Shown in pieces: positions 61,871 through 64,000 of a stretch of 64,000 nt of DNA. The first letter of the stretch is position 1, and each line of letters starts with the position of its first letter. Under the pieces are notes generated by a model. That model did no database searches. It saw only the letters and a program-made list of their open reading frames with translations, and was not told where the DNA came from. The stretch covers positions 25,730,001 to 25,794,000 of the forward strand of contig NW_026262734.1 of the NCBI RefSeq assembly GCF_021869535.1. The letters are read 5' to 3'. Origin of the DNA: Mytilus californianus. Its lineage: Eukaryota. The translations under genes were made by a program, and so were the position numbers.

Positions 61871-63327
61871 TGTTGGCTATTTTGTTTTATGAGACAAAGT
61901 AAAACCACTTCTTTCAATTTGTCTTTAAGTTTGGAATTATAAACAATCATGTAAAGGGTAGAAAACTCAAACATTTATACTATTGTAACAATTCGATTAT
62001 ATGTGCTCAGACAGGTCTTTGAAATGTTTAAAATGTCCACATCTGATTCACGCCGTCACTAGATAGTTTCTCAATAACTCTTATGCCCGGCTTCGGTGAC
62101 TGATAGAATCGATGTAAATAATTTGAAAGAAATTTGGTGGATTACTGGGAAAACCCAACAATATAACATTGTTTGTAGGGTAAAATTCATGCATTGAAAA
62201 GGCACTGTACAATATACCAATGGAAGAATTAAGACAATGGTTGTGTATATTTCAAGAATTACAATGTAGAGGAAAATGTTGTTTACCAATGTTCAAAACA
62301 TGTAAATCCTTCCTGAATAAACAAACCGATATAAATAAAACCTGAGGGAATTGCAGATCCTCCAAAGTAAAAATAAAACTGAGTGCGCCAACAGAGTAAG
62401 CGTATGATAATCATGCATCACCTTTTATACGATCAAAGAATCAATAAATAATGTTCATGAAAATTAGATAAATGACCAAGAAAACAATATGCAAATGATT
62501 TGAGACACAAACAAATCGTATTTGTCAACTAGTACGCGGAAGTGACCGCGAAATTTGTGTCGAGTCGAATTAAGTAGTTCTTCTTTATGACATCATAATA
62601 ATAAGGATATGTGAATGTTAAGTTGTTGAGAAGGTTTTGCATACATTCTGCCTCATTTCAATACAAACGCAAGTCGACCAGTACAGATATACAATCAATA
62701 CAATTATGTAGTCAAAAAGAATTCGTTTGGCAGTATGTTCTCACAGCACATGGTTTAACGCGATTACATATATTTCAAACCATATTACTGAATAAATTAA
62801 TAAAAAAAATATCAAAGAATTAATTGAAAAAAACAAATCGAAAAAGAATTGCCTTCACTATGACCCCAACAACACCCACACAACATTCTAAAAAGAAAAA
62901 AGAAAACCCACACAATTGATTTAATATTGAGAACCACGAGCACCCTATCAAAACCGGACACGGGTGTGGGCTTTTCGCTATACATGACGAAGCACATAGC
63001 GTTTTGGAAAAGAGTTAAATGTCTTTCAGCAGACTGTTTCTTTTCGAGGTAGCATGCCTAAAATCTGGTTAAGCCTATCAGTGCATAGTGTTTGCTATTT
63101 GATATAAAGTCACCTTCATTCATTGAATCAGAAAAATTAACTTGTGATTTGCTTGTTTATTTGCAAATTATATTATGTTCAATAACATGGATAAATTTGC
63201 CACACCATTGTGTAATCATAACCAAATTTAAATACAAGTTTTATAGGTCTTGTTATATCATGTCATGTATGTGTAACCAATAAGAGTTAAAATACTGATT
63301 ATATTCCATAAATAACACTTTTGATTG

Positions 63328-64000
63328 TTGTCGAGTCTGCGACTTCTGTCGCAGAAAGCGAAATATAGGGATAGTGATCCGGCGGTGGTAGCGTTAACTA
63401 ATTACTTAAAAGCCTAACATTTCGGAAGGCAGAAGACCTGGATGCTTCGTACTTTGTATATAGATGGGTCATGTTATGAAGTTTCCGTCTATTATATGTC
63501 CATTGTCCTTGATCTCATGTTCTTGGTTCAGTGATTACTTTACCAAAAAGTTAGAATTGTTTGTAATGTTAATTTCTCACTTATTATGACTAATAGGATA
63601 ACTATATTTGGTATGTGCCAACTTGCAAGGTCTTCATGCATGTCAAACAGTGTTTTTTTTACCTCGACTTCATTTCATTAATCAGTGAACAAGGTTAAGT
63701 TTTCGTAATCAAGTAATGATTGCAAGGTGTAAATGTCCAACCGGCAGGTGTCATCTGACCCTGATCGCATTTTCATGGTTCATTTGTTAAAGTTAAATTT
63801 TTGTGTTTTAGTATGTTTTTCAAATACTAATAGCAATAGGTCAGCTATATTTAGTGTATGGAATAATTGTAAGCTGTACATGTCTGTCTGGCAGGATTCA
63901 TATGACCTTAATCTCTTTTTCGTAGTTCATTGTTCATTGGCGTATGATTAGTTTTCGTAATTTTGTCATTTGTCATATACTGTAAGCAATAAATCAACTA
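63328..64000 (+). mobile_element. Helentron/HINE-like element, 5' part running off the window
   Basis: TTGTCGAG start, hairpin TCTGCGAC-ttct-GTCGCAGA (63336-63355), GATCCGGCGGTGG tract, internal degenerate GACCTTGA..CATTTTCATGGTTCA repeats. Confidence 0.55.

Larger units (their letters stand above)
43205..62900 (+). repeat. segmental duplication, copy 2
   Basis: See copy 1; offsets range from about 25.6 to 33.4 kb because of copy-specific insertions. Confidence 0.8.

Overview
AT-rich, intron-containing animal genomic DNA. The repeat landscape suggests a bivalve mollusc, probably a Mytilus-type mussel (inference, not verified). No prokaryotic features, rRNA, functional tRNA or CRISPR were found. 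The core content is a cluster of four short, N-domain-only TIMP (tissue inhibitor of metalloproteinases)/NTR-fold loci that the ORF track shows only in fragments because they are spliced: TIMP-A (minus, 288-3596, intact, 141 aa), TIMP-C (plus, only 2 of 4 coding exons found, probable pseudogene), TIMP-B (minus, 37576-42947, intact, 136 aa) and TIMP-D (plus, 53965-60295, intact, 139 aa). They form two head-to-head pairs (A/C and B/D) within a roughly 30 kb tandem segmental duplication. All four share a predicted non-coding first exon and conserved promoter motifs. TIMP-A appears chimeric, with a B-type promoter and a C/D-type gene body. The rest is introns and intergenic DNA with decayed Gypsy and Penelope-like retroelement pieces, Helentron/HINE-like elements, MITEs, abundant SINE-like repeats, a 542-bp satellite with an inverted unit and several minisatellites. 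Exon models, alignments and counts were made by eye; repeat boundaries are approximate.
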